A DNA stretch of 64,000 nucleotides from Opitutales bacterium (GCA_049599475.1 JBMYOQ010000006.1:32001-96000), one strand, 5' to 3'. Positions 19,669 through 30,413 are shown, numbered from the stretch's first letter. Made by a program: numbers and translations. The notes: generated by a model not told the origin, from the sequence alone.

Positions 19669-19784
19669 GGTAGCGCCCACTCTCCGAGCGGGCGGCTCTG
19701 TGAATAATGTCCTGTCTGTATCACGGATTTGCATTGCCATCCCCGGCATCGCCTCCGTCCACCGCTCGGAGAGCGGCGGCTACC
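19669..19784. repeat. GTAG-type REP doublet (REPIN-like) between convergent genes
   Basis: GGTAGCGCCCACTCTCCGAGCGG ... CCGCTCGGAGAGCGGCGGCTACC. Confidence 0.8.
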
Positions 19785-19805
19785 CATAGGTAACTGTTAT
19801 GTCGC

Positions 19806-20891
19806 TTACTTCTGCGTCACGCAGGGATAGCTGCCGAGCCATTTGATGAAGAGGCAGCATTTCTCGAGTTCTTTATAGGCTTCCTGCACGACGGGCTCGT
19901 CGAAATGGCCCACAAGATCGATAAAGAAATAATACTCCCACGGCTTCAAGCGGGTGGGGCGGGATTCAATCTTGCAAAGGTTGATGCCGCGTTTGCTGAA
20001 AGGCTCGAGGACTTTCTGTAGGGCCGATACTTCGTCGCGAACCGAGAGGACGAGGCTGGTGCGGTCGCGTCCGTTGCCGATAGCGGGAGATGGAGTATCG
20101 CCGATTACCAAGAAGCGTGTGCTGTTGTCCATCCGGTCTTGGATGCTCTTAGCGACAACGCCGACTTGGTGGCTTTGGGCGGCTAATTCGCTTCCGATAG
20201 CAGCGCCATTTTCCGAATCCTTAGCGATTAGGACACCCTTTGCGGTGCTATCCACTTCGATGAGCTCGGCATTGGGCAAATGTCTGTTGAGCCAATCACG
20301 GCACTGGCTGAGCGCCTGGTCTTTTGAATATACCTTGGTGATCTTATCGACCGGATGGTCGGAGATCAGGCAGTGCTCCACAGGGAGGAAAACCTCTGAA
20401 ATGATCTTCAAGTCGCTGTCGACGAGAATTTCCTGGGAGTGGTTTACTGCGCCGCCTGTTGAGTTCTCAATCGGGAATACGCCGTAATCTGCTTCGCCGC
20501 GCTCGACTTCGAGAATCACATCTTGGATCGTCTTCATCGGACGGTAATCCAGAGAGGATCCGAAATTTTTGATGGCTGCCTGGTGGGTGAACGTGGCTTC
20601 GGGTCCCAGGTAAGCGATGATCAGCTTTTTCTCGAGAGAGATCGAGGCTGAGATAATTTCGCGCCAAATAGAGCGAATGGCGCTATCAGTGAGTGGGCCC
20701 TTGTTTAGCTTTGAAAGCTTGTCGAAAATCAGTTGCTCGCGGCTGGGCACGTAGATGCTGCCGCCTTCGCGCATTTTAATCTTTCCGACTTCTCCCGCCA
20801 GGCGAACGCGTTCGTTGAGCAAGCCGATGATCTCGTTGTCGATCTTATCGATGTTTTGCCGAAGGGGGCCGAGGGCTTCTTGAATATTCAT
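19806..20891 (-). CDS. pheA: Chorismate mutase / prephenate dehydratase
   Basis: AroQ N-terminal domain; YLGPEATF, PIENSTGG, NSTRF and IESRP motifs. Confidence 0.97.
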   Translation of the reverse strand: MNIQEALGPLRQNIDKIDNEIIGLLNERVRLAGEVGKIKMREGGSIYVPSREQLIFDKLSKLNKGPLTDSAIRSIWREIISASISLEKKLIIAYLGPEATFTHQAAIKNFGSSLDYRPMKTIQDVILEVERGEADYGVFPIENSTGGAVNHSQEILVDSDLKIISEVFLPVEHCLISDHPVDKITKVYSKDQALSQCRDWLNRHLPNAELIEVDSTAKGVLIAKDSENGAAIGSELAAQSHQVGVVAKSIQDRMDNSTRFLVIGDTPSPAIGNGRDRTSLVLSVRDEVSALQKVLEPFSKRGINLCKIESRPTRLKPWEYYFFIDLVGHFDEPVVQEAYKELEKCCLFIKWLGSYPCVTQK

Positions 20892-20906
20892 GTCGCGTGG
20901 CAATCT

Positions 20907-21821
20907 CTAGCGGTTCTCGGACTCGCTGTCCGTTTCCTCGGAATCTTCAGAGTTTTCTGCATCCTCATTGTCGTCATCGAAGTCAGTATCGATATACGAT
21001 TCCTCGGATGCTTCGATGGGTTCGTATGGCTCGGATGCGGGCTCAGGCTCTTCGGGCGCGGCCTCGGGTTCTTCAACGGTTTCAGACTCAGCCGATTCGG
21101 GCTCCGTTCTGTCGGAATCCATCTCGATTTCGGACTGAGTGGGCTCATCGGAAGGTAGGCCGACGTCGGAATCGCTGATTTGCTCGGGATTCTGAGCATC
21201 GCGGATCCACGTATCGAGTTGATTGCGGGAAACGACGTCGCTGGCCGGAAGCTCTTCGAGGGATTTGATCCCGGCAAATTCCATGAACAGCTCGGTCGTG
21301 CCATACTGTAGTGGGCGACCTGGCAGCTCGGCGCGGCCCATGATGTGGATGAGCTCCAGCTCTAAAAGTTTGTGCACAGCACTGTCTACCGAAACGCCGC
21401 GTATCGTCTCCATTTCGGAGCGGGTTACGGGCTGGCGGTAGGCGATGATGGAAAGGGTCTCGAGTGCCGCAGGGCTTAGGCGCAGCGGGCGTGGTTGGTT
21501 ACGCAGAAGGCGAATCCACTCTGAATATTCGGGTGCTGTCGCTAGTTTGAAGCCTTGTGGGCCTTCGATGATACGAAAGACAGAGTTGCTCTCGACATAG
21601 TCGCTGCGAATGGAGTCGATCGCTTCGCGGATGTCTGAGGCAGTTACCAGCGAGGGTACTTCGGGCTTTTTCTCTTCGCCTTCTTCCTGTTTTTCCTCCT
21701 CTTCGCTCTGGGCATGTTCCTCGTGGTAACGGGTCAACACGCGTTGCACTGTCTCGGTGGAAACAGCTTCGGAAGTTGATAGCAGAAGGGCCTGCAGGAG
21801 ATTTTTGAGGTTAAATTCCAT
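20907..21821 (-). CDS. scpB: Segregation and condensation protein B with acidic tail
   Basis: LSPAALETLSIIAYRQPVTR, IRGV and GRPLQYGTT motifs. Confidence 0.96.
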   Translation of the reverse strand: MEFNLKNLLQALLLSTSEAVSTETVQRVLTRYHEEHAQSEEEEKQEEGEEKKPEVPSLVTASDIREAIDSIRSDYVESNSVFRIIEGPQGFKLATAPEYSEWIRLLRNQPRPLRLSPAALETLSIIAYRQPVTRSEMETIRGVSVDSAVHKLLELELIHIMGRAELPGRPLQYGTTELFMEFAGIKSLEELPASDVVSRNQLDTWIRDAQNPEQISDSDVGLPSDEPTQSEIEMDSDRTEPESAESETVEEPEAAPEEPEPASEPYEPIEASEESYIDTDFDDDNEDAENSEDSEETDSESENR

Positions 21822-21972
21822 AAATAAAACGTTGCCGGAAGCGGGCTCCAGTCCTTGTGTGGACCGCCTCGATCAACCTTTCTTGGAGGAGAATCCTTCA
21901 ACTAGGGGATTTTCGAGTTGAGTGGCAACATTCAAAAACCCAAGCGCATACAATACTTTTTCCCAGAGACAA

Positions 21973-23676
21973 GTGAGCAAAGAGATCGACCCGAAGCGTC
22001 CTTTTTCATCCATCGTTGTAGATGGTAACGATCGTGCCCCGGCGCGTTCAATGTTGCGGGCAACAGGATTTACCGACGAGGACTTCAAAAAACCTCAAGT
22101 CGGGATCGCAAGCACCTGGAGTGATTTGACTCCGTGTAACATGCATATCAACGAGCTGGCGGAGGCCGCTGGAACAGGTGTGGATGACGCAGGGGGCAAA
22201 CCCGTGACTTTTGGAACGATCACCGTATCAGATGGTATTTCCATGGGCACACAGGGCATGCGTTACAGCCTGGTATCTCGCGAGGTGATTGCTGATTCGA
22301 TTGAGACGGTGACTGCTGCTGAAGGCTTTGATGGCCTTATCGCGATCGGGGGCTGTGATAAAAACATGCCGGGCTGTATGATTGCCATTGCGCGCCTCAA
22401 TCGCCCGTCTGTTTTTGTGTATGGTGGAACGATCCTTCCTGGCCTGCACCGCGAAAAGGCAGTCGATATCGTATCGATCTTCGAAGCTGTAGGTCAGCAC
22501 GCGAAGGGCGAAATCGACGACGCTGAGCTCAAGGAAGTAGAGAAAACGTGTATCCCTGGCCCAGGTTCTTGTGGCGGTATGTATACGGCGAATTCTATGG
22601 CTTCGACCATTGAAGCACTGGGTATGAGTCTTCCGGGAAGCAGTGCTCAGCTCGCAGTCTCGAAGGACAAGCGCGAGGATTGTCGCGCTGCCGGTGCTGC
22701 GGTCTTGAAGCAGATCGAGATGGGGCTCAAGCCACGTGATATTTTGACCCGTAAGGCCTTCGAAAATGCGATCACGGTCGGTATCGCGCTTGGGGGCTCG
22801 ACAAACATTGTCCTTCACCTGCTTGCTATTGCACATGCCGCTGGAGTGGACGTGACGATTGATGACTTTGAAGAGATTGGTGAGCGCATTCCGCTTCTCT
22901 GCGATGTGAAGCCATTTGGCCGCTACAACATGAGCCACCTAATCCGGATCGGAGGCATTCGCCCGCTCATGAAGGAGCTGCTTGATCGTGGCCTTCTTCA
23001 CGGGGATGCGATGACGTGCACCGGCAAGACTTTGGCAGAATCGCTCGAAGGGGTTCAGCCTTACCCGGCTTATCCTTCGGAGCAGGACATTGTGCGCCCA
23101 TGGGATGACCCGATTAAGTCCACATCTCACCTCCGCATTCTCCGTGGTAACTTGGCTCCGACCTGTGCGGTTGGAAAGATTACCGGTAAAGAAGGGCTCT
23201 ACTTTAAGGGCACTGCTAAGGTTTACGAAGGTGAAGAAGATGCGCTTCAGGGTATTTTGCGCGGTGATGTCGTCTCGGGCGATGTTGTTGTTATTCGCAA
23301 TGAAGGCCCGGTCGGGGGCCCCGGTATGCGTGAAATGCTTTCGCCTACAAGTGCTGTTGCCGGACGCGGTTTGATCAAAGAAGTAGCCTTGATCACTGAC
23401 GGTCGTTTCTCGGGAGGCAGCCATGGATTTGATGTCGGCCACATCACCCCAGAGGCCGCCAACGGCGGACCGATCGGGATTGTGAAATCGGGCGATACCA
23501 TCGAGATCGATGCGGAAAAAAACAGCATTAACCTGCTCATTCCTGATGACGAATACGCCGCGCGGATGGAAGCTTTCACAGGCTCCGGAAGCCCAGAAAA
23601 ACTGGGTGTCTTGGGCAAGTATGCAAAGCTCGTCGCTTCCGCCTCCGAAGGCGCTGTAACGGATAAGGGCCTATAA
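21973..23676 (+). CDS. ilvD: Dihydroxy-acid dehydratase
   Basis: TPCN, CDKNMPG, CGGMYTANSM and TDGRFSGG motifs. Start placed at GTG 21973 (alternative 21922). Confidence 0.97.
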   Translation: MSKEIDPKRPFSSIVVDGNDRAPARSMLRATGFTDEDFKKPQVGIASTWSDLTPCNMHINELAEAAGTGVDDAGGKPVTFGTITVSDGISMGTQGMRYSLVSREVIADSIETVTAAEGFDGLIAIGGCDKNMPGCMIAIARLNRPSVFVYGGTILPGLHREKAVDIVSIFEAVGQHAKGEIDDAELKEVEKTCIPGPGSCGGMYTANSMASTIEALGMSLPGSSAQLAVSKDKREDCRAAGAAVLKQIEMGLKPRDILTRKAFENAITVGIALGGSTNIVLHLLAIAHAAGVDVTIDDFEEIGERIPLLCDVKPFGRYNMSHLIRIGGIRPLMKELLDRGLLHGDAMTCTGKTLAESLEGVQPYPAYPSEQDIVRPWDDPIKSTSHLRILRGNLAPTCAVGKITGKEGLYFKGTAKVYEGEEDALQGILRGDVVSGDVVVIRNEGPVGGPGMREMLSPTSAVAGRGLIKEVALITDGRFSGGSHGFDVGHITPEAANGGPIGIVKSGDTIEIDAEKNSINLLIPDDEYAARMEAFTGSGSPEKLGVLGKYAKLVASASEGAVTDKGL

Positions 23677-23791
23677 GTCCTCGATACTGTCACATTAAAC
23701 CTTTTAACTTCCAGCTAATTGCAGATTGGCGGGGCATCTCCACAACCTCCAATTCTCTCTCAGCAATTAAACATTACTAACACTGATACCT

Positions 23792-25372
23792 ATGTCTTGG
23801 GACCGCTTCCAAAAAGAATACCTTCACCTTGATGAGCTTGGCTTCGCCATCGACACCAGTCGCATGGATTTTGCAGATGATTTCTTCGCATCGATGGAGG
23901 GCAAGTGGACCGCAGCTTCAAAAGCTATGGCAGAACTTGAGGGGGGCGCGATTGCGAACCCTGATGAAGAGCGCATGGTGGGGCACTACTGGTTGCGTGC
24001 ACCAGAGCTGGCCCCGAGTGCGGATTTGACTGCGGATATCAAGGCTGCGGTAAAGCAGATTCACGACATCGCGGCAGGCGTTCACTCGGGTGAAATCGCC
24101 GGAGCGGACGGTGCTTTTGAAAACATCCTTATCATCGGTATTGGCGGTTCGGCATTGGGGCCGCAGTTCGTCGCGCAAGCTCTCGGCCATCCATCCGAGG
24201 ACAAGATGGGTGTTTATTTCTTTGATAACACCGACCCTGAAGGCATCGACTTGGTCCTCGCTTCACTGAGCGGTAAGCTGTCGAAGACATTGAGCATCGT
24301 GATCTCAAAGTCTGGTGGCACGCCTGAAACACGCAACGGCATGCTCGAGGCTAAGGCAGCCTATGAGGCCCTGGGGCTGGATTTCGCAAAGCACGCGATC
24401 GCTATCACCGGAGAGGGCTCAAAGCTCGACAAAGTTGCTGAATCCGAAGGCTGGATCGCGCGCCTCCCAATGTGGGACTGGGTCGGCGGTCGTACTTCTG
24501 AGTTGGCTACTGTTGGATTGCTTCCAGCTGCACTCCAAGGTCTCGACATCGATAGCCTTCTCGCGGGTGCCGCGAAAATGGACATCGCCACACGTGGAGC
24601 GGATTATAACACAAACCCTGCGGCTCTGTTGGCTCTATCTTGGTATCACGCGACGAACGGTAAGGGCGAAAAGGACATGGTTATCCTTCCTTACAAAGAT
24701 CGCTTGATGCTCTTCTCAAAATATCTCCAGCAGCTCGTTATGGAGTCTCTGGGTAAGGAGAAGGATCTCGATGGTGAGACTGTCCTGCAAGGTATTGCGG
24801 TATATGGAAACAAGGGATCTACCGATCAGCACGCATATGTGCAGCAGTTGCGTGAAGGTGTGCCTAATTTCTACGCAGTTTTCATCGAGGTGCTCAAGGA
24901 CCGCGCAGGTGAGTCTATCGAAGTGGAGCCTGGCATCACTACCGGTGACTACTTGCATGGCTTCCTTCTCGGAACACGCGATGCTCTTTACGAAACCGGT
25001 CGCCAGTCGGTGACACTTACAGTCGAGTCAGTGACTCCCGAAACTGTGGGTATGCTCATCGCTCTCTTCGAGCGTGCCGTCGGGTTCTATGCTTCATTCG
25101 TAAACATCAATGCTTACCACCAGCCAGGTGTTGAAGCTGGCAAGAAGGCAGCGGCATCTGTCCTCGATCTTCAGAAGGCTTTGGTCGCGAATCTGCCGAC
25201 TGCAGAGGCCGATGCAATTAGTGCTGAAGAGCTCGCAAAAGCGGCTGGAATGCCCGAGATGGCGGAAACTGCCTTCAAGTTGCTCAATAGATTGGCGACA
25301 AATCCGTTAAACAATGTAAAAATCATCTTGGAAAGTCCGGTAACATCGTCCACATTCTTTAGACTCTGTTAA
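23792..25372 (+). CDS. pgi: Glucose-6-phosphate isomerase
   Basis: [30 protein letters not shown] and QPGVEAGK motifs. Confidence 0.98.
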   Translation: MSWDRFQKEYLHLDELGFAIDTSRMDFADDFFASMEGKWTAASKAMAELEGGAIANPDEERMVGHYWLRAPELAPSADLTADIKAAVKQIHDIAAGVHSGEIAGADGAFENILIIGIGGSALGPQFVAQALGHPSEDKMGVYFFDNTDPEGIDLVLASLSGKLSKTLSIVISKSGGTPETRNGMLEAKAAYEALGLDFAKHAIAITGEGSKLDKVAESEGWIARLPMWDWVGGRTSELATVGLLPAALQGLDIDSLLAGAAKMDIATRGADYNTNPAALLALSWYHATNGKGEKDMVILPYKDRLMLFSKYLQQLVMESLGKEKDLDGETVLQGIAVYGNKGSTDQHAYVQQLREGVPNFYAVFIEVLKDRAGESIEVEPGITTGDYLHGFLLGTRDALYETGRQSVTLTVESVTPETVGMLIALFERAVGFYASFVNINAYHQPGVEAGKKAAASVLDLQKALVANLPTAEADAISAEELAKAAGMPEMAETAFKLLNRLATNPLNNVKIILESPVTSSTFFRLC

Positions 25373-25401
25373 CCTCCACACTATCCTAACCTACCCCTAT
25401 C

Positions 25402-26214
25402 ATGAAGATACTGTCCATTCTGTTCACAGTACTCGCACTTGTCGCCGCCGGCGGATCTGGCGGCGTATATTTCCTAACTAAGGGAAAACTCGAAGAAGCG
25501 AATGCTGAATTAAAATCGACTCGTGGTTCATTGGACACTGCTCAGGACGAGCTTGGGAAGGCAAAGACTCAGATTCTATCTACTGAGCAGCTCCTCAAGA
25601 ATACGCGTTCCGAGTTGGCAGACGCAAAACAGCAAAGCTCTTCTTTGAGCCGCAAATTGGTGTCACTCCAAACCACAGCCCAGGAAGCCCAAGACAAGAT
25701 CACTTCGCTCGAAGGTCAGGTGTCTGAAGCTCAAAAAGACAACGCAAATCTCCGTAAGGAACTTTTGACTCGTGCGAATGCGCAACCCGAAGACAACGGG
25801 GGTGCGAGTGCAGAAGAGGTAGAAGCCTTCAAGACTGAGATCGCTGAATTGGAAGAGAAAGTTTCTTCTCTCGAATCTCAGATGGCAAGCGGCGCGGTTG
25901 CTCCAAGTCCTGCTGTAATGGCTGCGGCGAGCCCCAATTCTGGCGCTTCTGCATCCTTCAGCACAGTGCCCACGGGCAACATCGAAGGCACAATTGCTCG
26001 CGTAAATTCTCAGTCTGGAATTTTGGTCCTGGCTAAGGGAAGCGATCACGGGATCCAGCCAAACGGCGAATACACCTTGAAGAAGAGTGGTTATGTTCTC
26101 GCTAAGGTGAGAGTTACTAAACTGACTCCTGACCACACGGTGGCGACAATCATTCCTAATATCGGTATTCCAAATAGCTTGCGCATCGGTGATTCAGTAG
26201 ACATCACTCGATAA
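25402..26214 (+). CDS. Membrane-anchored coiled-coil protein with C-terminal beta domain (hypothetical)
   Basis: N-terminal hydrophobic helix, long heptad region, Ala/Pro linker, beta-rich C-terminus. Confidence 0.75.
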   Translation: MKILSILFTVLALVAAGGSGGVYFLTKGKLEEANAELKSTRGSLDTAQDELGKAKTQILSTEQLLKNTRSELADAKQQSSSLSRKLVSLQTTAQEAQDKITSLEGQVSEAQKDNANLRKELLTRANAQPEDNGGASAEEVEAFKTEIAELEEKVSSLESQMASGAVAPSPAVMAAASPNSGASASFSTVPTGNIEGTIARVNSQSGILVLAKGSDHGIQPNGEYTLKKSGYVLAKVRVTKLTPDHTVATIIPNIGIPNSLRIGDSVDITR

Positions 26215-26215
26215 C

Positions 26216-26380
26216 ATGCCTTTTCTAAAAACTCTTTTCAAAATCGCGCTACTGGCCTTCGCGGCCTTGGGACTCAATGGCTGTTTCGACGCCTCAGCAG
26301 ACGATTCTCAGATCCCTTGGGGACGTCCCGCTGAGTTTGAAAACAGAGGCCCAGGAATGGGACCAGGAAGTACCTACTAA
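26216..26380 (+). CDS. Small lipoprotein (54 aa), absent from the ORF track
   Basis: MPFLKTLFKIALLAFAALGLNGC|FDASADDSQIPWGRPAEFENRGPGMGPGSTY*. Lipobox present; starts 1 nt after the upstream stop; followed by a terminator. Confidence 0.8.
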   Translation: MPFLKTLFKIALLAFAALGLNGCFDASADDSQIPWGRPAEFENRGPGMGPGSTY

Positions 26381-26384
26381 TTTC

Positions 26385-26417
26385 AAAACCGGTTCACGCA
26401 AGTGAGCCGTTTTTTTT
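26385..26417 (+). terminator. Rho-independent terminator
   Basis: CGGTTCAC-GCAA-GTGAGCCG hairpin followed by T8. Confidence 0.85.
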
Positions 26418-26579
26418 GCGTACCGATGCGAGTTAGGCGCTTTCTCGTCTATTTTGATGGCTAAAGCAGGGCGAACTTGTCCCGGCGATACCGATTTCGA
26501 AATTTAATGATCCCTTAAGTACATGGCTATCTTTGTTAGATCCAGTATGATACCGTTTCGCAAATTGCCATGAGCAAAA

Positions 26580-26661
26580 GGTAGCGCGCTTCGTCCTCGA
26601 AGCGCATTGCGTTTAAGCCGACCCTCAGGCCCTAATGCGGATCGAGACGATCCGCGCTACC
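26580..26661. repeat. GTAG-type REP doublet (REPIN-like)
   Basis: GGTAGCGCGCTTCGTCCTCGAAGCGC ... GCGGATCGAGACGATCCGCGCTACC; each half is itself a hairpin. Confidence 0.8.
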
Positions 26662-26900
26662 TTTTTCATTTAATCAGGCCTTTCGCGAACCGGTATGAGA
26701 GGTGGTTGAGCGGGCTCCCTAGGCTCACAGTGGCTGCCTCGGAGATTCAGCCCTACCACTCGCTCTTTGAGAGTGTGGATTTGTCAGAATAAAGGAAAGC
26801 ACTCATGAGGAGCGGCCGATAAAGAGTCTCAAGTATGAATCGATGTCTGTCTTGAGCCCGCAATGATCCAGCGGAGGTGCCGAGCCTGGTGAAAGCGGGC

Positions 26901-27611
26901 CTAGTCAATATACACGACGCAGCCAGTGACATCGCAAAAGTGCGGCGTGCCGTGTGTTTTGGCCTCAGAAATTAGCTCATTGGAGACTTTGAGGTGGCTA
27001 CGTTTACAAACGCCGCCCTCGATGGGAGCGACGTAGGGAGGGCGGTTTTTAAGATTTACCTTAGCCTGATTGTAAGCGCGTAGAAATTTTTGAGACACGG
27101 GTCCCAGGGCGTCTTCGTATCTAGCCTCGGCTTCGGTGAGCTCTTCTTTCAGGGCTTTTTCGGCCTCTTTTGCCTGGGAAATCTGGGTGTCCAGGGCCGC
27201 TATCTCATCATCGAAGGTGCCTTCGATGGCCTTGAGCTTCTCAGCCTCCACATCAATTTGCTCCATTACTTCGAGTTCTTCTGTCTCGAGGTCGCTGATT
27301 TTTCCTTGTGTGGTCTCTATTTCGTGGGTGAGGGCCTGGTATTCCTCGTTTTTCTTTACCGAAAGCTGCTGGTTTTTGTATTTTGTGATCTGCGCTTCGC
27401 TGCCAGCGATTTCGTTCTCCAGCGTTTTGCGCTGGGCCTCTAGGCTGCGCAAGGTCTGTTTCGCTTCGTCGAAGCGATCTCGTGCAGCCTGCTTCTCTGA
27501 CTCGACCTCTTTGATTTTAACAGGAATGGCCTGGAGTTCTTTGTTGATCTCGTCCCGCTTGAGCTCGCGGGCTTGAAGAGTGAGCAAATTTTGCACTTCG
27601 GGGTCGATCAT
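26901..27611 (-). CDS. Coiled-coil protein with C4-type zinc-ribbon-like C-terminus (DUF164 family)
   Basis: KKNEEYQALTHEI motif, long coiled coil, degenerate terminal ribbon. Confidence 0.88.
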   Translation of the reverse strand: MIDPEVQNLLTLQARELKRDEINKELQAIPVKIKEVESEKQAARDRFDEAKQTLRSLEAQRKTLENEIAGSEAQITKYKNQQLSVKKNEEYQALTHEIETTQGKISDLETEELEVMEQIDVEAEKLKAIEGTFDDEIAALDTQISQAKEAEKALKEELTEAEARYEDALGPVSQKFLRAYNQAKVNLKNRPPYVAPIEGGVCKRSHLKVSNELISEAKTHGTPHFCDVTGCVVYID

Positions 27612-27742
27612 CAGGTAAACAGGCTTGGAAATAGCGCCCCTAATGACAATCGGAAAACTCGAATTTGGCGTGCTTTTTGCCTATTGGAGTCATCGCAAGG
27701 ATCGTTGACACGATATTGTGACAAGCCATACTCCGCCAGCTC

Positions 27743-28717
27743 ATGGATACTGCAGCCACTTTTTCTCTAGAATTTGAAAAGCCGATTCGCGACTTGATCG
27801 AGCAACTCGATCGCCTAGTGCAGATTTCACAGGAAAACGAAATCGATGTCTCTCTGGAGATTCAGGCTATCGAGCGAAAGATCGAAACGACTAAGAAAGA
27901 AGTCTACGCGAACATGGACCCATGGCAGCGTGTTCAGATGGCTCGCCACATCCAGCGCCCGTACTCTTTGGACTATATCGGTGCCCTGTTTGAAGATTTC
28001 CAGGAGCTGCATGGAGACCGACGCTTCAGCGACGATGCTGCTATTGTCGGTGGGCTCGCACAGTTTGAGGGCCAGTCTGTGATGGTTATCGGTCAACAGA
28101 AAGGCCGAAACACAAAGGAAAATCTGTTGCGCAATTTCGGTTGTGCGAATCCTGAGGGCTATCGCAAGGCTCTGCGCTTGATGAAGCTTGCCGAAAAATT
28201 CCAGCTTCCAGTGATCACGTTTATCGATACTCCGGGAGCTTATCCGGGGATTGGTGCTGAGGAACGCCACGTTGCCGAAGCCATCGCCTTGAACATCATG
28301 GAGATGAGTGCTTTGAAGACACCGATTATCTCGGTTGTGATTGGAGAAGGCGGTTCCGGCGGAGCGCTCGGTATGGCGGTAGCCGATGTGGTGCTTGTGC
28401 TCGAGAATGCGTGGTATTCTGTGATTTCTCCTGAAGGGTGTGCGGCTATTCTCTGGAAGGATCGTGCGAAAGCCAAGGATGCGGCGGCTGCTCTCAAAGT
28501 GAATGCGCAGCACGTGAAAGAATTTGAGATAGCAGATGATATAATTCCTGAGCCGCTCGGAGGCGCGCATCATGATCCGCAAGCTGTCTATGATGCTCTA
28601 CGTAAGCGTCTCACATCTGATTTGAAAGCGCTTCAGCGCAAGAAGGTAGCCACCCTCTTGGATCATCGTTATAAACGCTATCGCAAGCTCGGCCCCTTCG
28701 AAGAAGCAGGGGTTTAA
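27743..28717 (+). CDS. accA: Acetyl-CoA carboxylase carboxyltransferase alpha subunit
   Basis: LHGDR, PEGYRKA, GEGGSGGALG and YSVISPEGCAAILW motifs. Confidence 0.98.
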   Translation: MDTAATFSLEFEKPIRDLIEQLDRLVQISQENEIDVSLEIQAIERKIETTKKEVYANMDPWQRVQMARHIQRPYSLDYIGALFEDFQELHGDRRFSDDAAIVGGLAQFEGQSVMVIGQQKGRNTKENLLRNFGCANPEGYRKALRLMKLAEKFQLPVITFIDTPGAYPGIGAEERHVAEAIALNIMEMSALKTPIISVVIGEGGSGGALGMAVADVVLVLENAWYSVISPEGCAAILWKDRAKAKDAAAALKVNAQHVKEFEIADDIIPEPLGGAHHDPQAVYDALRKRLTSDLKALQRKKVATLLDHRYKRYRKLGPFEEAGV

Positions 28718-28866
28718 GGATTCGATTGCGCTCTTGTGAAGGGCGGGCGAATCAAGTTTTTCATTTCGTGCTGAAAGGCCGGGTGATGCTGGATTTGAGC
28801 GACACTGTTTAAATCTGCATTCGACTTCGGTCTTTCTTTTTGCATACCGGCTGCTAGGAGGCACTC

Positions 28867-29760
28867 ATGGATATTTTGCAGCAGCTGATTGATCAGTTTA
28901 AGGTTATCTGGACATTAGAGCTCTATAAGAGCGGAGATTCCGTCATTTACATGAATCAGCTCGTGATTGCGTTGGTCGTGACAGTGATCGGTCTCTCGAT
29001 TGCCAAAAAGCTTTCTCATCTGATTGCGAATCGCATTGGCAAAGTAGCCAAGCTCACGGAAAACACCGTTCACCTGATCCAGCGGTTGACCTTCTATTTT
29101 ATCGATATCCTGGTCATCCTGATAGCGCTGCCGATCGCGGGGATTCCGATCACGATTTTCGCGGTAATGGGTAGTGCCTTTGCGATCGGTATTGGTTTTG
29201 GTGCGCAGAACCTTTTTAGAAACCTAATCTCGGGTTTCATCATAATGTTTGAGAAGCCCATCCGGATTGGTGACATTGTCGAAATCGGTGACGTCGAGGG
29301 GCGTGTTCAGGAAATCGGAAACCGAACAATCTTAGTAAAGCGCTCTGATGGTGTAGACCTCGTCGTCCCCAATCACTACTTCATCGACGAAATTGTTGTG
29401 AATTGGACGCGGGAAGACGGCGCGGTGCGCGCGACACTTCTTGTCGGTGTCGCCTATGGTTCACCGGTTGCCAAAGTGCGTGAGCTTCTCTTGAGAGTCG
29501 CCAATGAGAACCCGAAGGTGCTTCAGGAGCCGCGGCCACCAGAAGTGCTTTTTGCGGATTTTGGAGATAACGCCCTGGGGTTTGAGCTCCATTTTTGGTC
29601 AAACATCGTGCGACCGATGGATCGCCGCCGCGTCATGTCTGAGCTACGTTTCGAGATAGATCGCTTATTCAATGATGCGGGCATTGTCATATCCTTCCCG
29701 CAACGCGATGTGCACTTGGATACCTTGAAGCCCTTAGAGGTGAAAATGGTGAAAGAGTAG
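28867..29760 (+). CDS. Small-conductance mechanosensitive channel (MscS family)
   Basis: GIGFGAQN, PIRIGD, VPN, GVAYGS and FPQRDVHL motifs. Confidence 0.95.
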   Translation: MDILQQLIDQFKVIWTLELYKSGDSVIYMNQLVIALVVTVIGLSIAKKLSHLIANRIGKVAKLTENTVHLIQRLTFYFIDILVILIALPIAGIPITIFAVMGSAFAIGIGFGAQNLFRNLISGFIIMFEKPIRIGDIVEIGDVEGRVQEIGNRTILVKRSDGVDLVVPNHYFIDEIVVNWTREDGAVRATLLVGVAYGSPVAKVRELLLRVANENPKVLQEPRPPEVLFADFGDNALGFELHFWSNIVRPMDRRRVMSELRFEIDRLFNDAGIVISFPQRDVHLDTLKPLEVKMVKE

Positions 29761-29796
29761 AAGATTGTTCAAATTTCAATGCCGCTTGACTTTTGG

Positions 29797-29818
29797 CGAC
29801 CGACCGATTGGTTGGTTG
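29797..29818 (+). promoter_or_regulatory. Putative TetR operator overlapping the tetR promoter/start
   Basis: Imperfect palindrome CGACCGACCGATTGGTTGGTTG just after a TTGACT -35-like hexamer. Confidence 0.6.
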
Positions 29819-29819
29819 T

Positions 29820-30374
29820 GTGCGTGATAAAATACTTCAAGCAGCCGAAGAGATTGTTCAGGCAAAAGGACTCGACGCGGTGAGCTTTCAGCAGCTGGCC
29901 AACTCTGTTGGTTTGAGCAAGGCGAGCGTGTTTCATCATTTCCGCACCAAGGAGGCTTTGGCGCAGGCACTCATTGGACAATGTCGCTCAAAATATGGTC
30001 TGGAATACGCGACTATCGCGGAGAAGGATAAAGCGGCCCCAAAGAAGCTTCGAAAGATTGCAAAGTCCTTCGATAAAAGCCTGAAGGAGAACCGTTTATG
30101 TCTGCTGGCCGCATTGGGATCTAGCTACACAACGTTGTCTCCGAATCTTCAGGAAGAGATGAGCAATACTGCGGAAGCTGCGATTGCGATCTTTGCGGGT
30201 GTCTTTGACCAGGGGCGTACAGAGAAGTCTTTGAAATTTAATGGTAGCTCCGAGGAGGCCGCACGATCATTTTTGGCGATGCTGCAGGGTATGCAGCAGA
30301 TGGCTCGCTACTCCGGAGTCCCAGAGAATTTTATGGGTGCCGTGGATGCATATCTAAAAAATTTAGAGAAGTAG
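29820..30374 (+). CDS. TetR/AcrR family regulator (NemR-like)
   Basis: HTH GLSKASVFHHFRTKEAL; C-terminal LCLL motif. Confidence 0.92.
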   Translation: MRDKILQAAEEIVQAKGLDAVSFQQLANSVGLSKASVFHHFRTKEALAQALIGQCRSKYGLEYATIAEKDKAAPKKLRKIAKSFDKSLKENRLCLLAALGSSYTTLSPNLQEEMSNTAEAAIAIFAGVFDQGRTEKSLKFNGSSEEAARSFLAMLQGMQQMARYSGVPENFMGAVDAYLKNLEK

Positions 30375-30393
30375 AAAAATTTTGACTAACTGT

Positions 30394-30413
30394 AACCGAT
30401 CGGTCGATCGGTT
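30394..30413 (+). promoter_or_regulatory. Putative TetR operator upstream of the redoxin gene
   Basis: Near-perfect palindrome AACCGATCGGTCGATCGGTT after TTGACT at 30382. Confidence 0.7.

Noticed and set aside
26665..26900. Possible ncRNA (RNase P or 6S) downstream of the zinc-ribbon gene
   Set aside because: No GAGGAAAGTCC RNase P signature on either strand, and only short complementary patches (GCGGGCTC/GAGCCCGC).
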